The notes below the pieces were generated by a model. That model was not told the origin of the DNA. It worked only from the letters and a program-made list of their open reading frames with translations, and did no database searches. Both the position numbers and the translations under genes were made by a program. A DNA stretch of 31,990 nt from Candidatus Cloacimonadota bacterium (GTDB taxonomy: Bacteria; Cloacimonadota; Cloacimonadia; Cloacimonadales; WRIO01): NCBI GenBank assembly GCA_029564175.1, contig JAKQQL010000470.1, positions 1-31,990 of the forward strand. Reading direction: 5' to 3'. Shown here in pieces: positions 28,087-31,990 of this stretch (its first letter is position 1; each line of letters opens with the position of its first letter).

Positions 28087-29042
28087 AATCCCTCTCTTTT
28101 GTTTAAATTAATATATTCTCTGATTTTTCGAATCAGCTCATCCTGCCATATCTGACTAATATCTGGCAAGTTTAGTAAACTCAGTAAATTCACACAATCC
28201 ATCAATCTGCCTTTTAAACGCCAGTCTTTTGCCATTGGATAAAGTGCATTGGCATTGTAAGCACTTACATAAAGTCTTTCGGTTTTTCTTGGGAAAAGTT
28301 CAGAATATCTGAAAAACTGACCTGTATCAAAATAAACAGGCGCAGACAGTGCATATTCCCAGTCTATCAAAGCCTGTAATTTTCCATTAAAAACAAGCAT
28401 ATTCTCAGGTCTGAAATCCCCATGAGACAGAACAAAGTAAGAACATACTTCATCAAATTCATCACGGAATCTTTTAACATCTGATATCACCTCATTTTTT
28501 AACGTTTCACCCAACCTCTCCCCTGCCAGATGAGACAGAAAAAAATCATACCAGGTTTTAATCGGCGGAAAGTCATCTCCAATCTCAAACTGAGCATTGA
28601 TAGATCCCTCTTTTTCATAAATGGTTCTATGTATTAAGGCAGATTTTTCTGCAATACTTTCAGTCAGTTCACTACTCAGTTCATTACCTTCCATGAGATA
28701 CTGGGCAAGACTAATTCCCTCAATAAATTCAACAATTTGATAAGGTTTATCAATAATGGTGCAGGTTTCATTGGTATAATAAATTTCAGGTATGGGAATC
28801 ACCTCATTCAAATATTGCGATATTAATAATTCTTTCCGACAGCTTTCATCCTGCTGAGGTAAGATTCTTAACACATATTTCTCATGACTGTTCTTTTGCT
28901 TTAGCTGATAATTGGATGTACTTTTACCCTGAGGCATCCACTCAACTGATTCAATTTCTACACTTTCATCAAAATCCAGAAACAACTTCTTTGCTAATTC
29001 TAAATCCATTTTCTGAACTTTATTTTTTCTTTCTATACTCAT
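28083..29042 (-). CDS. APH-family phosphotransferase
   Basis: GKSTSNY, YVLRI, IPIPEI, SHGDFRPENML, IDWEYA; ATG 29042 overlaps upstream TGA. Confidence 0.85.
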   Translation of the reverse strand: MSIERKNKVQKMDLELAKKLFLDFDESVEIESVEWMPQGKSTSNYQLKQKNSHEKYVLRILPQQDESCRKELLISQYLNEVIPIPEIYYTNETCTIIDKPYQIVEFIEGISLAQYLMEGNELSSELTESIAEKSALIHRTIYEKEGSINAQFEIGDDFPPIKTWYDFFLSHLAGERLGETLKNEVISDVKRFRDEFDEVCSYFVLSHGDFRPENMLVFNGKLQALIDWEYALSAPVYFDTGQFFRYSELFPRKTERLYVSAYNANALYPMAKDWRLKGRLMDCVNLLSLLNLPDISQIWQDELIRKIREYINLNKREGL

Positions 29043-31774
29043 CACCACTTCCTAATAAAACTTATTTTATCAACCATCTGGTTTCTAAACCATAATTCTG
29101 CATAAGCTTCTCTTACTCTCCCAAAGCCGAAATGAATGGTTTGGCTATTCTGAGAAGTCGTTCCTTTAGCACTTTGTAGTTCGCGGATCACAGATTTCAC
29201 CTGACCATGTCCATAAGCATCATTTTCACCAAAATAATATAAAACAATTCTTGCTCCATAAGCAGGGGTATTCGGCTTATCTTTCCATTGATAATTATGA
29301 TATAAGTTGATTTTAGATTCTGACCATACAGCCTTAAATACAATCCCTTTATTCTCATTCTGAGTCGTATTTAAAAAGAGTCTGACTCCCTCAGATGAAG
29401 CAACGACCACATCGAGTCTGCCATCATGATTGATATCGGCAGAAGCATTTCCCCAGGCATTATAAGAGCGAATACCTGACAAAAAAGTAATATCTTTAAA
29501 TGTTCCATCCCCTTCATTCAGATATAAATAAGACCGCTCATTGGGATAAATCGAACTGATATACAAATCTAAATCTCCATCATTATCGGCATCAAACCAC
29601 ATGGGGTCAGAATGGGTTTCATCAAATTGAATGCCACTCTCCGGAGTCATATTTGCAAACTGTGTCAATTCTATTTGAATCGTATCTATTTTGATTGTCT
29701 TTTTTCCATCATTTCTCATCAGGCAACTGATATCCGAAAAGTCGATATAGCGGGGATGAGCCAGATTAGCAATAAATACATCCAGATCTCCGTCATTATC
29801 ATAATCTCCCCAATCTGCTCCGATTGAATGACCATAATAACCATCCTTATTGACACCGTTTAACTGGCTAAGACCGGCAATTTCTTCCCACTTTAGACCT
29901 TTTTTATCAAACAGCAGATTTCTGTTCAGTCTGTAATTAGTAACCAGAATTTCAGTTTCGCCGTCATTGTCAAAATCAGCAGGTGCAACCCCTCTGCCAG
30001 CCAGTTCAGGGTACCATATACTAACAAAACCGTTATCTTTGGTTTTATCAGTCAAATAGCCATTTTGATTCTCAAAAAAGTGATCTGGGTAGGCAGATTT
30101 TTTACCCCATGTTTCATAGTTGGCAAAGTAGAGAGAAGGATAACCCTTGCCTTCAACATCTATCCATGCAACACCTTCAGTCGGGCTCTTGGTATCGACA
30201 CTACCTGCACGATCTGAAAGATTTATAAAATGATCCTCTTTTTGAATATATAGGTTTTCACCATTTTCTCCAGAATTAATCGTTACAAAATCAAGCTTTC
30301 CATCTTTGTTAAAATCTGCCCATAAACCGCCATTATTCCCTTTTCTGATATTACTAATACTATCACTAACGATTTCAAAACGATTATTCTTCATATTTTT
30401 TAAAATCAAGTTACCATCTATCAGTAAATCATCATACGTATCGTTATCAAAATCTCCCCAGGCAACCCGTCCTGCTTTAATCTCTTTCAGCCCTGATGAT
30501 TCGGTTATATCCGCAAATATTGGTCCTTTGTATTCTTTGATTTCTCTCACCCATGTCATCAAATCAGTCTCAATTCCTTTATTTCTCATACACTGAGAAA
30601 GATAAAATTTACATTGTTTCTCATAAGGATTACGTGGTGCAGAGAGTATCAGGCAATCAATCAAATGCTGAACAGCCTGGTCTGTATATTGTGAGTCATT
30701 ACTTGTTCTTAGAATTTTTGCATACCAAAAATGATAAGTAGCCAGTTCTCCATTGTTATTATTTTTAAACTGGGTTTTCTGAATATGTGTAAGCGCTTTT
30801 TCGAAGGCTTTGCTACTTTTTTCTGATCGGTAATCATCATTTTCTTCATCACCATAATACTTTGCTTGCATAAGCACTCTGTAATAGTTTATTTTTGCTA
30901 TTTCCAGATGTATCTTTGAAATCATCATTTCCTGATTCCATGATACTAAACTGACATAATAACGCATTGTTTTAGGATGATTCTTAATCAATGAAAGGGC
31001 TTCATTTAAATTTCTTTCCGCCTGATTTAACAATAAAACATTTGCCTGACCTTCATAATAGGATCTTCTAAACTTCGGATCTATCGAATGAAAAGCAATA
31101 AGGTATTTAGTCTCAACTGATTTCTTCTTTTTTAAAAGATATAATACGCGTTTATAAAATGTATTAAATTTCTTCTGATTTCTATAAGTTATGAGCAAAT
31201 AATGATTTGCTACAGGCACATAACGGCTGTTCGGGTAAGTTCTAAAAAACTGATTAATCAGGTTGAGTCGGGTAACTTCATCAGGTTCAGTCGCAATCTT
31301 ATCAATTTCTTCCTTAGCCCATTCTTCCATATAAACAGAATAGTGTTGATAATTTTTCAACATTGCTTTTTTCTTTTTTTCACTGTTACTTTGATAATAG
31401 TCCAACAAATCAAGATTAATTTTCTTTTTAAACTGTGATTTAAGAGAATCAGTCAATGCTTTTTTATTTGTCAGTTTAACAGCATCGGCGAGACTGATGG
31501 CATTAATGGCATCTTTCATCGTATTAAGCGCTAAAGATTTTTGAGTACTGATCCGGATCATTTTTAAGGTATCTTTTTCCAGTCTGGCAAGTTCTTCCAG
31601 TATTTGCCAGGCTGGTATAAATTTTTTCTGTTTAGTAGTTACCCTATAGATATCAGCTTCATATACTTTTGCAATGTCCCATAATTCATGTTTTAATATC
31701 AACTCAATCTCAGCGTTTGTTAAAGCATACAAAGATGAGATCATTGCACACAAGATAATGAGTAGCTTTTTCAT
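29042..31774 (-). CDS. Secreted CRTAC1/FG-GAP (VCBS) repeat protein with ASPIC/UnbV-like C-terminus and long helical N-terminus
   Basis: ATG 31774 behind GGAGG; signal peptide; FG-GAP-type repeats WGDFDND, WADFNKDG, PADFDNDG, WGDYDNDGDLD, WFDADNDGDLD, SADINHDGRLD; AYGARI..SQNSQTIHFGFG. Confidence 0.88.
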   Translation of the reverse strand: MKKLLIILCAMISSLYALTNAEIELILKHELWDIAKVYEADIYRVTTKQKKFIPAWQILEELARLEKDTLKMIRISTQKSLALNTMKDAINAISLADAVKLTNKKALTDSLKSQFKKKINLDLLDYYQSNSEKKKKAMLKNYQHYSVYMEEWAKEEIDKIATEPDEVTRLNLINQFFRTYPNSRYVPVANHYLLITYRNQKKFNTFYKRVLYLLKKKKSVETKYLIAFHSIDPKFRRSYYEGQANVLLLNQAERNLNEALSLIKNHPKTMRYYVSLVSWNQEMMISKIHLEIAKINYYRVLMQAKYYGDEENDDYRSEKSSKAFEKALTHIQKTQFKNNNNGELATYHFWYAKILRTSNDSQYTDQAVQHLIDCLILSAPRNPYEKQCKFYLSQCMRNKGIETDLMTWVREIKEYKGPIFADITESSGLKEIKAGRVAWGDFDNDTYDDLLIDGNLILKNMKNNRFEIVSDSISNIRKGNNGGLWADFNKDGKLDFVTINSGENGENLYIQKEDHFINLSDRAGSVDTKSPTEGVAWIDVEGKGYPSLYFANYETWGKKSAYPDHFFENQNGYLTDKTKDNGFVSIWYPELAGRGVAPADFDNDGETEILVTNYRLNRNLLFDKKGLKWEEIAGLSQLNGVNKDGYYGHSIGADWGDYDNDGDLDVFIANLAHPRYIDFSDISCLMRNDGKKTIKIDTIQIELTQFANMTPESGIQFDETHSDPMWFDADNDGDLDLYISSIYPNERSYLYLNEGDGTFKDITFLSGIRSYNAWGNASADINHDGRLDVVVASSEGVRLFLNTTQNENKGIVFKAVWSESKINLYHNYQWKDKPNTPAYGARIVLYYFGENDAYGHGQVKSVIRELQSAKGTTSQNSQTIHFGFGRVREAYAELWFRNQMVDKISFIRKW

Positions 31775-31791
31775 ATTCCTCCAGATACTGT

Positions 31792-31990
31792 TGTACAGCA
31801 AGCAACCTGCTTGCTAAAAAAGGACTGCTAGCCGGCTGTACAGCAAGCAACCTGCTTGCTAAAAAATGAACTGTTAGCCGACTGTACAGCAAGCAACCTG
31901 CTTGCTAAAAAAGGACTGCTAGCCGGCTGTACAGCAAGCAACCTGCTTGCTAAAAAATGAACTGTTAGCCGACTGTACAGCAAGCAACCT
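31792..31990. repeat. Tandem array of REP-like units alternating 45/46 bp (91-bp dimer), running off the right edge
   Basis: Constant TGTACAGCAAGCAACCTGCTTGCTAAAAAA at 31792, 31837, 31883, 31928 and partially at 31974; linkers alternate GGACTGCTAGCCGGC / TGAACTGTTAGCCGAC. Confidence 0.92.

Noticed and set aside
22883..29042. Aminoglycoside resistance genes
   Set aside because: Only generic APH/choline-kinase superfamily motifs; no resemblance I can support to characterised resistance enzymes and no mobile context.
5070..31438. Remaining 60-130 aa ORFs overlapping long genes (e.g. 6404, 8863, 15588, 16470, 24760, 30306)
   Set aside because: Antisense or alternate-frame ORFs within well-supported CDSs, with no motifs.
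31710..31892. 60-aa ORF with repeated FLASRLLAVQ
   Set aside because: Translation of the DNA repeat; overlaps the real gene start out of frame.
31792..31990. CRISPR array (30-bp palindromic repeat with spacers)
   Set aside because: Spacers are only 15-16 nt, alternate identically and resemble each other; no cas genes in the window.

Overview
AT-rich bacterial chromosomal segment, most consistent with Cloacimonadota (FCB group). This is inferred from several secreted proteins ending in FlgD-Ig/T9SS-type sorting domains (YPNP...IYNIKGQKV...G.Y..K...K.IK) plus a PorV/PorQ-like gene. The left ~13.5 kb is accessory and secretome-rich: a >1200-aa S8 subtilase with a dockerin-like module that runs off the left edge and is missing from the ORF track; an adjacent cohesin-like + CTD protein; a REP-like intergenic cluster; PEGA, GNAT and hypothetical genes; a degenerate class-II glutamine-amidotransferase-like secreted protein interrupted by one in-frame TAA behind an (AT)8-containing promoter; a beta-helix/CTD protein; and a frameshifted relic of the GNAT gene. 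The rest is mostly minus-strand housekeeping and envelope genes (dxr, porV-like, uvrD/pcrA, lipoproteins, TPR, MBL hydrolase, WecA-like, NifU, SAM methyltransferase, CTD-only protein, ROK kinase, two APH-family kinases, FG-GAP/ASPIC protein). Two tandem arrays of 45/46-bp units share a CAAGCA-ACC-TGCTTG hairpin. I recognised no rRNA, tRNA, CRISPR-cas, integrase or transposase. All domain calls come from motif reading by eye, not database searches.
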